Origin: Nitrospinales bacterium | Lineage (GTDB): Bacteria; Nitrospinota; Nitrospinia; Nitrospinales; VA-1 | NCBI GenBank assembly: GCA_965223795.1 | Contig: CBDCXL010000002.1 | Coordinates: 736,001-800,000 of the forward strand | Reading direction: 5' to 3' | DNA: 64,000 bases | The notes under the pieces: model-generated | Databases searched by the model: none | Told to the model about the DNA's origin: nothing | What the model saw: only the letters and a program-made list of their open reading frames with translations | Shown here: positions 31,584 to 41,377 of the stretch, piece after piece | Numbering within the stretch: position 1 is the stretch's first letter | Layout: each line of letters opens with the position of its first letter | Program-made: the position numbers and the translations under genes

Positions 31584-33953
31584 ATGAAGATTGTTTGCCC
31601 GAGTTGTCAAACGGCATACGACGTCGACCTGCCGGCCGGGGCACAGAAGAAAGTCACGGCGCGGTGCGTTCGCTGTAAAAGCCTGTTCCGGGTGAACCCG
31701 GCCGCGGTCCCCATCGAGGCCGGGCCGTCCGCAACCCCGAATATCCCCACCCGGGCACTGGAAAACGCCGCCGCGCAGGAGCCGGATCCCGCTTCCGAAG
31801 CCCCCCCCTTTCCGACCGCCAATGGATCGAACTCTGCTTTCGACACTGAAGTAGAAGAGGACAACCTCAACGAATTTCTAAACCGCTTCAGCGAAGACGA
31901 CCCGGAAGACACGGACACCATCCCAAAAATTTTCGACGACCCTCCGGCCGTCCCGCAAAACGGCGAGACCCAGAATGAAGCGGCCGCGGACCTCACTGAG
32001 GACGCGCACGATTTCTCCAATGAAGACCTGGACGAGCTGCTCGACACCATCATCAGCGAAGAGCTGGAAACCTCACCGGCTGAACCCGAACCCGCCCCGC
32101 CACCGGTACAGGATGAACCTGAAAATTTCGAGGCGCTGCTGAACGATCTCATCGCGGAGGAACCCGATAGCGGGCTCGAAGCGGATGGTCTGGAAGAAGC
32201 CGGACTTGCCGCGGAGAACGCGGCTCCTGTGGACTCGGTTGAGGAAACTCCCGCGGACGCCGGTCTGGAGCCTGTGGAACCCGCTGAGGCGGAAGAGGAC
32301 GCGATGTTGTCCACTCCCGAATCGGTGGAAGAGCCCGTTGACACATTCGATGATCTGTTGGACCAGCCGCTGGAAGAAACTGCGGAGGAAACGCAATCCG
32401 CAGATACGGAAACTCCGGAACCGGCAGCGGAATCGGTAATGGAAGAAACAAAATCCACGGACACGGAGGACGATCCGGAAGCCGCGCTGGCCGAGGCGTT
32501 CGCGGCTGAGAATCCGGAAACGGACACAGCCGTTGACGAAGAATCTGAAGCACCTGCCGCTCCCGCCGCAGAAGAACCCGAAGCCGTTCAAGAGGAACAG
32601 GCCGCCGAAGACACCGCGGATGAAGCGGAAAGCCAGGAAGAAATGAGCGACGAGGACCTGTGGGCGCAGGCCTTCGCCGATCAGGAAGCGGCGGAGCAGG
32701 CGGCAGGAGAAACGCAAGCAACCGCAGAGGAAGAAATGCAGGAGGTTGCGGAAACGGACGCTGCCGCTGTTGAAGAAACCGAAGCCGCCGCCGCAGACAC
32801 TGCGGATGAAGCGGAAAGCCAGGAAGAAATGAGCGACGAGGACCTGTGGGCGCAGGCCTTCGCCGATCAGGAGGCGACGGAACAGGCGGCGGACGATAAA
32901 GAGGAAACCGCGCAAGAAGAAGCCGCCGCCGCAGACACGACGGATGAAACGGAAAACCAGGAGGAAATGAGCGACGAGGACCTGTGGGCGCAGGCCTTCG
33001 CCGATCAGGAGGCGACGGAACAGGCGGCGGACGATAAAGAGGAAACCGCGCAAGAAGAAGCCGCCGCCCCAGATACCGGCGATGAAGCGGAAGAGACGCA
33101 GGCAAACGAAGAGCAGGACGAAGCCGATGATTTCGACGCCATCGTCGGCGCTGATGACGAGGCTGAAGGGGAAAAAGAACAGGACAGCGAATGGGACGAT
33201 GCGGAGAGCGGTTACGACCAATACGACGATGACGATGACGATGACGACATCGAGGACATCAAACCGCGCGGCAAGCGGATCGGCCCTTTCACCCTGCCTG
33301 CGACCAAAACCGGCAAAATGATCCTGACGGGCAGCGTCGCGGCGGTGCTGCTGACCGCGGGCGGCGTGTACTTCGGACTGCAGACTCTGGCGCCGCCGGA
33401 ATTGACAGAGATGGGCAAGGACAGCGCCGCCGTTCCGGAAGGCCTCACTCCCAAAACGGACGCCGCGTTCACCGATCCCGGCGATCCTGCGGCTGCGGGA
33501 TCTCCGAGCGCACCGGACACGTCTGCGGAAACGCCGGGTGCGGCACAGCCCGCCCCGCCGGCGGCCGCGGAGCCGCCCAATCCGCCCGTAGCGGACAGCG
33601 CGCCGGACGTCAATCCGGCCCTGCTCGCCGCGCTCGCCCCCACGGACAACGCGGTGCAGATCAACACCATCCTGCCGGTGGCCTACAACGTGAACGACAT
33701 CCGGGTTCTCAGCTTCGTACTGGAAATGGAGCTTTCCGACGCGCGCAGCGCCAAGGTGGTGCGGGAGGCGCTGCCGCTGTTTGAAAAGATCACCATCAAC
33801 ACGGTTGAGAAGTTACTTGAGAAAAAGTTCTTCAACGACGTGCTGTACGTGAAGGAAAAACTCAAAAAAGATCTGCGCACCAATTTCAACAAGACCATCG
33901 AAGGCGGCGGGCGGGTCAAGAAAATCGACTTCAAAAACTTCACCATTCAGTGA
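31584..33953 (+). CDS. zinc-ribbon (MJ0042-like) + long acidic region + TM + FliL-like domain
   Basis: MKIVCPSCQ..Y...RCVRC...F; D/E/A-rich region; TM LTGSVAAVLLTAGGVYF; C-terminus KEKLKKDL..NFN....G.VKKIDFKNFTIQ resembles FliL. Confidence 0.75.
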   Translation: MKIVCPSCQTAYDVDLPAGAQKKVTARCVRCKSLFRVNPAAVPIEAGPSATPNIPTRALENAAAQEPDPASEAPPFPTANGSNSAFDTEVEEDNLNEFLNRFSEDDPEDTDTIPKIFDDPPAVPQNGETQNEAAADLTEDAHDFSNEDLDELLDTIISEELETSPAEPEPAPPPVQDEPENFEALLNDLIAEEPDSGLEADGLEEAGLAAENAAPVDSVEETPADAGLEPVEPAEAEEDAMLSTPESVEEPVDTFDDLLDQPLEETAEETQSADTETPEPAAESVMEETKSTDTEDDPEAALAEAFAAENPETDTAVDEESEAPAAPAAEEPEAVQEEQAAEDTADEAESQEEMSDEDLWAQAFADQEAAEQAAGETQATAEEEMQEVAETDAAAVEETEAAAADTADEAESQEEMSDEDLWAQAFADQEATEQAADDKEETAQEEAAAADTTDETENQEEMSDEDLWAQAFADQEATEQAADDKEETAQEEAAAPDTGDEAEETQANEEQDEADDFDAIVGADDEAEGEKEQDSEWDDAESGYDQYDDDDDDDDIEDIKPRGKRIGPFTLPATKTGKMILTGSVAAVLLTAGGVYFGLQTLAPPELTEMGKDSAAVPEGLTPKTDAAFTDPGDPAAAGSPSAPDTSAETPGAAQPAPPAAAEPPNPPVADSAPDVNPALLAALAPTDNAVQINTILPVAYNVNDIRVLSFVLEMELSDARSAKVVREALPLFEKITINTVEKLLEKKFFNDVLYVKEKLKKDLRTNFNKTIEGGGRVKKIDFKNFTIQ
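32604..33075 (+). repeat. intragenic repeats encoding QEEMSDEDLWAQAFADQEA, three copies
   Basis: identical core ATGAGCGACGAGGACCTGTGGGCGCAGGCCTTCGCCGATCAGGA at 32643, 32829, 32967. Confidence 0.9.
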
Positions 33954-34022
33954 CGCAGTAACGGCGCCCTCTCCCCTGCCCCTAGCCCTGATCCACTTCC
34001 CGCGAAACCCCGTATCCTCTCG

Positions 34023-35051
34023 TTAAATATTCTCGACAGGCTTTTTCGGCTGCGGGTGGTTTTCCAGATACTCTTTGATCGTGAACAGCAGATCGTCGAT
34101 GCCTTCGCCGGTGACGGAGGAGATGGCGCGAAACCCCGGATCGATCTCTTTGAAGCGCGGTGCGAGCGCTTCAAATTTCGCCCGCGCCTCGGGATGGTCC
34201 ACCTTGCTCGCCACCAGGATCTGCGGCTTGGCATGCAGGTTTTCGCTGAAGCGTTTGAGTTCCGTTTGCAGCTTATTGTAATTTTCCAGCGGATCGTCGG
34301 GGCTTTGCGCGGAAAAATCCAGCAGGTGGACCAACAGCCGCGAGCGTTCGATGTGCTTGAGGAAACGGATTCCCAGCCCCTTGCCGGTGTGCGCGCCTTC
34401 GATCAGGCCGGGAATGTCGGCGGCGACGAAGGAAAAGTACTCGCCCACGCGCACCAGGCCGAGCTGCGGCACGAGGGTGGTGAAGGGGTAGTCCGCGATC
34501 TTGGGACGGGCGTTGGAGATTTTCGCGATCAGGGTGGATTTGCCCGCGTTGGGAAAACCGACGATGGCCACGTCCGCGAGCAGCTTGAGTTCGAGCAGCA
34601 GGTTCTTCGTTTCGCCGGGACTGCCTTTCTGAAAGGTGCGCGGCGCCCGGTTGGTGGAGGATTTGAAGCGGGCGTTGCCGTGTCCGCCGCGGCCGCCTTT
34701 GGCGACGATGAATTCCATCCCTTCGGCGTCGAGGTCTTTCAAGATCTCGCCGCTGTCGAGGTCCTTGACCAGAGTGCCCACCGGTAATGGAATGACGCGG
34801 GTCTTGCCGCTTTTTCCGGTGCGGTCGCTGCCTCTTCCAGGCTGGCCGTTCTCGCCGCGGCAGATCTTCTGATACCTGAGATCGACGAGGGTGGTGAGCC
34901 GGGAATCGGTGGCGAGCACGATGTCCGCGCCTTTGCCGCCGTCACCGCCGTCGGGTCCGCCCAGAGGAACAAACTTTTCCCGGCGGAAGCTGGCGCAACC
35001 GTCGCCGCCGTCGCCGGCTTCCACTGTGATGGTGACCTGATCGACAAACAT
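34023..35051 (-). CDS. obgE: GTPase Obg
   Basis: MFVD...FRREKFVP.GGPDGGDGG; GFPNAGKST; DYPFTT; DIPG. Confidence 0.97.
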   Translation of the reverse strand: MFVDQVTITVEAGDGGDGCASFRREKFVPLGGPDGGDGGKGADIVLATDSRLTTLVDLRYQKICRGENGQPGRGSDRTGKSGKTRVIPLPVGTLVKDLDSGEILKDLDAEGMEFIVAKGGRGGHGNARFKSSTNRAPRTFQKGSPGETKNLLLELKLLADVAIVGFPNAGKSTLIAKISNARPKIADYPFTTLVPQLGLVRVGEYFSFVAADIPGLIEGAHTGKGLGIRFLKHIERSRLLVHLLDFSAQSPDDPLENYNKLQTELKRFSENLHAKPQILVASKVDHPEARAKFEALAPRFKEIDPGFRAISSVTGEGIDDLLFTIKEYLENHPQPKKPVENI

Positions 35052-35134
35052 GGGAATTCAATGTGGGCAGGGCAAAGGGGCGAGCGCGAATCGAGGCGGG
35101 TGGCGGTTCTCCCCGGATAAGGGGAAAACGCGGC

Positions 35135-35395
35135 TCAACCGGATGCGGGGTAGACGCTCACTTTTTTCTTTTTGCGGGTCAGGTGCTCGAACTTGACGAC
35201 GCCGGGAATTTTGGAGTAGATGGTGTAATCGCTTCCCAGCCCGACGTTGTGCCCCGGATGGATGGAAGTGCCGCGCTGCCGCACGAGGATGTCGCCGGAT
35301 TTGACCGTCTGTCCACCGAAGCGCTTGACGCCGAGGCGTTTGCCGATGCTGTCCCTGCCGTTGGAGGTGCTGCCCTGTCCTTTTTTATGTGCCAT
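35135..35395 (-). CDS. rpmA: 50S ribosomal protein L27
   Basis: [23 protein letters not shown]. Confidence 0.97.
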   Translation of the reverse strand: MAHKKGQGSTSNGRDSIGKRLGVKRFGGQTVKSGDILVRQRGTSIHPGHNVGLGSDYTIYSKIPGVVKFEHLTRKKKKVSVYPASG

Positions 35396-35397
35396 TT

Positions 35398-35712
35398 TTA
35401 TGCCTTCGTGATGTCCGTGACTTTCAAACGCGTGTACAGCTGCCGGTGGCCGTTCTTGCGGCGGTAGTTTTTCCGGCGCTTTTTCTTGAACACGATGATC
35501 TTTTTGCCTTTCAACTGTTCCGCCACTTCGCAGGTGACGGTGCATCCGTCGAGATACGGTGCGCCGGCCTGACAGTCCTCGCCCTCGCCGACCAGGAGAA
35601 CCTTGTCCAGGACCACGGTGGCGCCCAGATCCTGGTCGATCTTCTCGACCTGGATCACATCTCCTTTTGAAACCTTGTACTGCTTACCGCCTGATGCGAC
35701 GACCGCGAACAT
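35398..35712 (-). CDS. rplU: 50S ribosomal protein L21
   Basis: [28 protein letters not shown]. Confidence 0.97.
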   Translation of the reverse strand: MFAVVASGGKQYKVSKGDVIQVEKIDQDLGATVVLDKVLLVGEGEDCQAGAPYLDGCTVTCEVAEQLKGKKIIVFKKKRRKNYRRKNGHRQLYTRLKVTDITKA

Positions 35713-35806
35713 AGCTGGGCTCTCCTGCAACGGACTGCTTGAAATTCAGTGGTTTGAATTATGGAACCTTGCGGGTTGGAACGACCTGCACGGGATGCAA
35801 ACGGCT

Positions 35807-35835
35807 ATGGTAAAAAATTTATCCGCCGCTGTCAA
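35807..35835 (-). promoter_or_regulatory. sigma70 promoter of rplU-rpmA-obgE
   Basis: TTGACA-N17-TACCAT. Confidence 0.7.
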
Positions 35836-36005
35836 GAAATTCAAAGTTCCCATTGCGATGCGGGTTTTCGGGGTTCCGCGACGGAGTGAAAATCGCCTGC
35901 GGACTGCGCTTCCTTTGCAGGATACTGCATAGAATCTTGATTTTATTGTACAAAGTAGTATATAAGTGATTTCTTCTGACAATTCGGGCAAATCGGTATT
36001 TCCTC

Positions 36006-36572
36006 ATGTCCTTGAAAGACAAGGAAAAATGGAACAGCAAATATCAGGAAGCCGAATCCTCCGGCGGCCGGGAACCCTCGGCATGGCTGAAGGACCATTC
36101 GGAACTGCTTTCCGGCACGGGCCGGGCGCTGGACCTCGCCTGCGGCGAGGGCCGCAACGCGGTGTATCTGGCTGAGATGGGCTACAACGTGCTGGCTCTG
36201 GACATCGCGGAAGCGGGGCTCAAAAAAGCCGAAACACTGGCGCAGGAAAAAAACGTCCGCATCGAGACACTGGCCGCGGACCTGGACGACTTCGGCTGGG
36301 ACATCGGGACCTTCGACGTTGTGGTCTGCTTCTACTTCCTCGATCGAAAGCTGTTTTCCCGGATCCGCGATGCGGTGAAACCGGGCGGCCTGGTTTTTTA
36401 CGAAACGTTCACGCTGGATTACCTGAAATACAGCAATTTTAAGGAAGAATGGGTGCTGTCTCACAATGAACTGCTAACAGCGTTTAACAATTTCAGAATT
36501 CTGCGGTACCGTGATGTGGATGGCGATGAAACCGCCTTTGCATCGATCGTGGCCCGCAAGGAAATGAGCTGA
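36006..36572 (+). CDS. TehB-like SAM-dependent methyltransferase
   Basis: ALDLACGEGRNA.YLA; KPGG. Confidence 0.88.
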   Translation: MSLKDKEKWNSKYQEAESSGGREPSAWLKDHSELLSGTGRALDLACGEGRNAVYLAEMGYNVLALDIAEAGLKKAETLAQEKNVRIETLAADLDDFGWDIGTFDVVVCFYFLDRKLFSRIRDAVKPGGLVFYETFTLDYLKYSNFKEEWVLSHNELLTAFNNFRILRYRDVDGDETAFASIVARKEMS

Positions 36573-36575
36573 CTT

Positions 36576-37388
36576 GTGACCGTCTGCAAACACAGTCGAT
36601 TGAGAACTCCGGCTTTATTTCTGCTGGCTTTTGCCCTGCTCTCTTTTCACGGCTGCGGCTCGGCGCCGAAGGAAAAGAAGCTGGAGAAAGACGGCCTGAC
36701 CCTGATCTACCGTTCGAAAATGAACGCGGGCTCGGAAATCGGCAAAAAGAAGCTCTCGCATCCGGTGCGCATATCGGAAGCGGAATTCACCAATCACCTG
36801 CTCTCTCTGCGCTACGAAGAACTGTCCTTGCTGGGGAACAAGAAATACGTGTTTCCCCTGGAAGGGATGGCGGAAATGGCCCGCCTCATGACCAAGGCGG
36901 TGAACCGGCTGACCCCGGACAACATTCTGGCGTTCGAGCAGGACACGCCTCAGGGCACCACGACCGGGGAAATCTTCTCCGTTGGCGACCGGCTGCATTT
37001 CAAGTTTGAGAAGATCAAGGGCAGCGAATTCGCCAGCTCTTCCTTTTCCGGCTGGGGCGGCTCCACCTGGCGCATGGCCCCGGTGAAGGGACAGGGCTAC
37101 TACACGGTGAAAAAAATCATCGGCAGCAACACATATGAGAACTGGATCGTCGCGGACCAGACGCTGCCGCAGAAAGCCCGCAGGCTGCTCAGAAAACGCA
37201 GCCGGCCGAAGACGCCGCCGGCGGCGATGGATTCCATCCCCGGGCCGCCGCCCGCCTCCGACCGCAACGGCAAAAACCAGGATCTGGAAAAGAAATTGCA
37301 GTTTCTCAAGGAACTCAAGGAAAAGCAGCTGATCGACGAGCGCGAATTCGAACGCAAGCGCAAGGAACTGCTCGACACCTACCTCTGA
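36576..37388 (+). CDS. lipoprotein with C-terminal SHOCT domain
   Basis: lipobox-like FHGC; KLQFLKELKEKQLIDEREFERKRKELL. Confidence 0.75.
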   Translation: MTVCKHSRLRTPALFLLAFALLSFHGCGSAPKEKKLEKDGLTLIYRSKMNAGSEIGKKKLSHPVRISEAEFTNHLLSLRYEELSLLGNKKYVFPLEGMAEMARLMTKAVNRLTPDNILAFEQDTPQGTTTGEIFSVGDRLHFKFEKIKGSEFASSSFSGWGGSTWRMAPVKGQGYYTVKKIIGSNTYENWIVADQTLPQKARRLLRKRSRPKTPPAAMDSIPGPPPASDRNGKNQDLEKKLQFLKELKEKQLIDEREFERKRKELLDTYL

Positions 37389-37471
37389 TTCCACCTCAGG
37401 CGATACTTTAAGCAGCACAGGCCGGGCTTTTATTTCACTTCAACTTACAGGGGCCGGCTTTACGGCGCCGT

Positions 37472-37951
37472 TCAGCCCTTTTTGCTTTTCCCGACTTCCT
37501 TTGACAGGATCTCGTCGATCTTGTCCATCAGGTCGTTGCGCTCCTGATTGGTGGTGTCGATCTGGCGTTTGAACTGGACGATGTCGGCATCGGGGAGGTC
37601 GGTGCGGCGCACTTCATCCTCAAGATGCCAGCAGCGGATGTTGCGCAGGGCCAGCTCGCTGATGGCGAGGCCCAGTTTTTTAATGTGGTCGGACGGTTTG
37701 ACGTTTCGGTTGTCGTAGAGCTTGACCTTCTCGTCCCTGAGCGTGACCTCACCCGCCAGCGCGGCGGCGAAGTAGCCGTTGATCTCGTCCGCCAGGTCTT
37801 TGCTCTGTTTTTCGACCAGCTCGCGTTTGGCTTTGAGGGCGGCCTTCTCCGGGTCGGTGTCCGCTTTGGCCTCGATGGCTTCGTCCAGATGCCAGAGCCT
37901 CAGATTTTTGATCGACAGCTTGTCCACCAGACTCCCCAGCGTCTCTGCCAT
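37472..37951 (-). CDS. DUF4254-like protein
   Basis: ET.GSLVDKLSI..L..WH and WHLEDEVR...KRQID..NQERNDL. Confidence 0.7.
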   Translation of the reverse strand: MAETLGSLVDKLSIKNLRLWHLDEAIEAKADTDPEKAALKAKRELVEKQSKDLADEINGYFAAALAGEVTLRDEKVKLYDNRNVKPSDHIKKLGLAISELALRNIRCWHLEDEVRRTDLPDADIVQFKRQIDTTNQERNDLMDKIDEILSKEVGKSKKG

Positions 37952-37993
37952 AGGGCTCCTTTCCTGTGAGTGTGCGTGATGAAATGAGGGCCC

Positions 37994-38626
37994 TCAGCGG
38001 ACCCTTATACAGTAGATGCCGTCGCGCACCGTCAGCATGACCGGCTCGACGCGTTCGTCCTGGATGATCCGCTCGTTGAAATCGCGGATGGCCCGGTCGG
38101 TGGCGTCCTTGGGATCGAGCACCCGGCCGCTCCACAGCACGTTGTCCACCACGATCAGCCCACCCTGGCGCATCATGGGCAGGATGGCGTCGAAATAGTT
38201 CGCATAATTTTCCTTGTCCGCGTCGATGAAGGCCATGTCGAAGGGGCCGGAGACGGATTTGAGCGTTTCGAGCGCCAGGCCGCCCTTGAGGATGATTTTT
38301 TTGCCGTGCTCGCTCTCGGCGAAAAAACGCCTGGCGAACTCGATGGCCACCGGGTCGTTGTCGCAGGTGATGAGGGTGCCGTTGTCGGGCAGCGCCTCGG
38401 CCATGGACAGGGCACTGTAACCGGAGAAGGTGCCGATTTCAAGGACCCGCCGGGCCTGAACGAGCTGCACCAGGAGCTTGAGGAAACGCCCTTCGATGCG
38501 GCCGGTGATCATCTGCGGGATCTCCAGCTTGTCGTAAGTTTCCTCCTCCAGCCGTTTCAGCAGCGCGCCCTCGTTCTGGGTGTGGCGGTGGCAGTAGGCT
38601 TCGATTTCTTCCGCTATAAAATCCAT
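37994..38626 (-). CDS. O-methyltransferase (caffeoyl-CoA OMT family)
   Basis: VLEIGTFSGYS; FIDADKENY; VDNVLWSG. Confidence 0.92.
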   Translation of the reverse strand: MDFIAEEIEAYCHRHTQNEGALLKRLEEETYDKLEIPQMITGRIEGRFLKLLVQLVQARRVLEIGTFSGYSALSMAEALPDNGTLITCDNDPVAIEFARRFFAESEHGKKIILKGGLALETLKSVSGPFDMAFIDADKENYANYFDAILPMMRQGGLIVVDNVLWSGRVLDPKDATDRAIRDFNERIIQDERVEPVMLTVRDGIYCIRVR

Positions 38627-38643
38627 GCTTTGCTCCTTCTTGT

Positions 38644-39279
38644 TCAGTAGGTCACGATCACCGGGTCCAGCCGCCGCCAGGCGTACCAGGTGGCCACCGT
38701 TTCGAGCGGGTGCCACTTTCTCCCCAATGCGTGCATCTTCTTCACGGACGGCAGGCGTCTGAGCCCGTACATCTTCTGGATGCCCTTTTGCAAGCCGAGA
38801 TCGGTGACGGGCAGCACGTCCATGCGGTTGAGTGAAAATATGAGAAACATCTCGGCGGTCCAGCGGCCGACGCCGTGCACCTGGGTCAACTGGCCGATCA
38901 CCTCTTCGTTGGAGAGTTGCGCCAGCCGGCGCGGGCGGATGGTGCCGTCGAGAAAGCGCTCGCTCAGGCTGACCAGGTATTTCGCCTTCTGCCTGGAGAG
39001 ACCGGCTTTCGGCAGGGCGCCGTCGGGCAGGCCGCGCAGCCGCTGCGGATTGGGGACCTTGCCGTCGAACAGGGCGTGAAAGCGCGCGGTGATGGTGCGG
39101 GCGGCCTTGGTGGAGATCTGCTGGGCGATGATGGCCTTGCACAGAAAACGGAAATAATTGCGCGACGGACGCAGGGGACAGGGCCCGATCTCGCGGATCA
39201 CGGCGGCGACCACCGGGTCGTTGCGATCGAAATGCGCGAGGATGGCTTGCTGGCTGGGCAGGGATGCGGGTTTCACCAT
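38644..39279 (-). CDS. alkA: DNA-3-methyladenine glycosylase II (HhH-GPD)
   Basis: IIAQQIS; GVGRWTA; LP..DLG. Confidence 0.9.
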   Translation of the reverse strand: MVKPASLPSQQAILAHFDRNDPVVAAVIREIGPCPLRPSRNYFRFLCKAIIAQQISTKAARTITARFHALFDGKVPNPQRLRGLPDGALPKAGLSRQKAKYLVSLSERFLDGTIRPRRLAQLSNEEVIGQLTQVHGVGRWTAEMFLIFSLNRMDVLPVTDLGLQKGIQKMYGLRRLPSVKKMHALGRKWHPLETVATWYAWRRLDPVIVTY

Positions 39280-39298
39280 CGGTCGTGTGCGCGTTGAG

Positions 39299-40105
39299 TC
39301 ACCATCCCACTTGCAGCGCCTTGAGGCGTTTGAGGTTCGGCGAGTTGCGGATGCGATCGAGCGCGGGCTGGCTTAAGGAATTGCCGTTGAGGTCCAGGGT
39401 GAACAGGCTGGAAAGCGCCTCGCATCCGGCGAGAACCGGGGCGGCCGCATCGTCGAGGCCGTTGTCGGCGAGAGACAACAGCGTGGTGCGGGAAAAAAAA
39501 TCACCGGCGCACAGGGCCTCAAGCCCTTTGAGCCCCAGATGCGTGCGGCCGAGATAGATTTCCTTCAGGTTTTTGAGCGTCGTGGATTCGGCCAGAGCCT
39601 GGCCGCCCTGCGGCCCGAGCGGGTTGCCCTTGAGGTACAGCAGCTCGAGCCCCTTGAGGGTTTCGGAACCGGCCAGCGCGCTGATGCCCGCCGGGCCGAT
39701 GCGGTTTCCCTGCAGGTAGAGCCGCCGGATCTGCGTGAGGTGCGGCGAGGCGGCCAGGGTCTCCAGTCCCGCGTCGGTCAGTTTGTTGTAGCCCAAAGAC
39801 AGGGATTTGAGCTTGCCAAGCTGCGCCGCTTCGGCGAGAACGCCCGCACCGGCGTTTCCCAGGTTGTTCTTGTCGAGCTTCAGTTCCTTGACCTTGCGGA
39901 TGCGGTCGTAGCCCATCAGGTCTTCCAGCTCTTCCAGAATGAGGTCCTTGTCGTTGAGATCGAGCCGGAACTTGGGCTCCTCGCTGTTTTCCGCGTCGGC
40001 GTGGATGTCGGCTTCCTTGAGGACCATTGCGGTGTCGTCGCCCGGTTCATCGGCGAGCAGGGTCATGTTGTTGTCGACGAGGGACTGGAACAGCGGGCTC
40101 AGCAT
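39299..40105 (-). CDS. leucine-rich repeat protein (RI-like, about 28-aa repeats)
   Basis: L..L.L..N.L...G...LA repeats. Confidence 0.88.
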   Translation of the reverse strand: MLSPLFQSLVDNNMTLLADEPGDDTAMVLKEADIHADAENSEEPKFRLDLNDKDLILEELEDLMGYDRIRKVKELKLDKNNLGNAGAGVLAEAAQLGKLKSLSLGYNKLTDAGLETLAASPHLTQIRRLYLQGNRIGPAGISALAGSETLKGLELLYLKGNPLGPQGGQALAESTTLKNLKEIYLGRTHLGLKGLEALCAGDFFSRTTLLSLADNGLDDAAAPVLAGCEALSSLFTLDLNGNSLSQPALDRIRNSPNLKRLKALQVGW

Positions 40106-40626
40106 CAGATCCAGCCTTCTTTTTTGAAGCGTTGCATGATTTCTCCGGCGGTTTCCGGCGGCCGTTTCAATGTGGTGTCGCAGGTCAGGTCGGCCGCGCC
40201 GCGGTACAGCGGTCCGCGTTCGGCAAGAATCTGCTTCTGCTCTTCCTCGAATGTCAGCCCATCTTTGAGCGGCGGGCGGTTGGGATCGTTTTTGATGCGC
40301 TTTAAAATGGTTTGCAGATCCGCCGTCAGCAAAACCGTGCGGCCCTCCTTCTTCAAGCGGCGGATGTTTTCCGCGTTCAGCACCACGCCGCCGCCGCAGT
40401 CGATCACGCTGTCGCGGGCGGTTTCGGCGACCCGCTCCACCACGGACGCTTCCAGCTCCCGGAACGCCGGCCAGCCTTTTTCGGCAACCAGACGGGGAAT
40501 CGACATTCCGGCTTCTTCCACGATCCTTTGGTCGGTTTTCACGAGCCGTCTTTTCAACTTGAAGGCAAGGATCCGGGATACGGTGGATTTTCCCGTTCCC
40601 CGGTAGCCAATCAAAACGATATTCAT
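40105..40626 (-). CDS. aroK: shikimate kinase
   Basis: GYRGTGKST; GW..FR..E; GGGVV; RP.L. Confidence 0.93.
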   Translation of the reverse strand: MNIVLIGYRGTGKSTVSRILAFKLKRRLVKTDQRIVEEAGMSIPRLVAEKGWPAFRELEASVVERVAETARDSVIDCGGGVVLNAENIRRLKKEGRTVLLTADLQTILKRIKNDPNRPPLKDGLTFEEEQKQILAERGPLYRGAADLTCDTTLKRPPETAGEIMQRFKKEGWI

Positions 40627-40909
40627 AAATATTCGGTTATCGATGCGTTGCTATCCTAGCACAGGAGGGAATCCGGGCGCGGGCGGCCGCCTGGGCGGCA
40701 AGCGCTTGATTTCCCTCTTCCGAAGCCGTTCCGGAATGCAGGGTAGAATACATTGCCAGGGGATGCAAATGAAAGCCCGGCGCTAAAAAAATCCGGCAAG
40801 TCTTTAAATTAAATGGTACTCCCGCACGTTGTGGTATAATCGGTAACACTCCGAAAAGAAGGTCCCTTCTTTTCCTTCAATCCTTTGTGGAAAGGGCAGA
40901 ACCGTGACT

Positions 40910-41374
40910 ATGAAATCGATGGTTGTGGCAATGGCGGCGGCATTTTTTCTGATGTTTCCTGTAAATGGTGTGTGGGCCGAGGACGATCCGAGAGTGGCGA
41001 AATTGAAAAGCCTGTGCGAAGAGGGCAACGGCAATGCCTGCTACGAAATGGGAGAACGGTACCGCACTGTGGAACTCGACAACAAGACCGCCAAGGAATA
41101 TCATCTGAAAGCCTGCGACGGCGGGCACATCACAGGCTGCACGCACGCGGGAATTCTGATTCAGATGACCGGCCAGCAATACAGCAAGCAATGGAAGCAG
41201 GCCGCCAAACTCTTCCAGAAGGGCTGCGATGTGAAATCGGACAAAGCCTGCTTCAACCTGGGACGGCTCAAATACAAGGAAGGACGACAGAAGGCCGCCA
41301 TCAAATACTGGACGCTTTCATGCGATTACGGCAATCAGATCGCCTGCGATAATGTGCAGAAACTGAAAAAATAA
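40910..41374 (+). CDS. secreted Cys-paired Sel1-like repeat protein (Hcp-like)
   Basis: signal peptide; C..G...AC...G / KAC..G...GC repeats. Confidence 0.85.
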   Translation: MKSMVVAMAAAFFLMFPVNGVWAEDDPRVAKLKSLCEEGNGNACYEMGERYRTVELDNKTAKEYHLKACDGGHITGCTHAGILIQMTGQQYSKQWKQAAKLFQKGCDVKSDKACFNLGRLKYKEGRQKAAIKYWTLSCDYGNQIACDNVQKLKK

Positions 41375-41377
41375 TCC

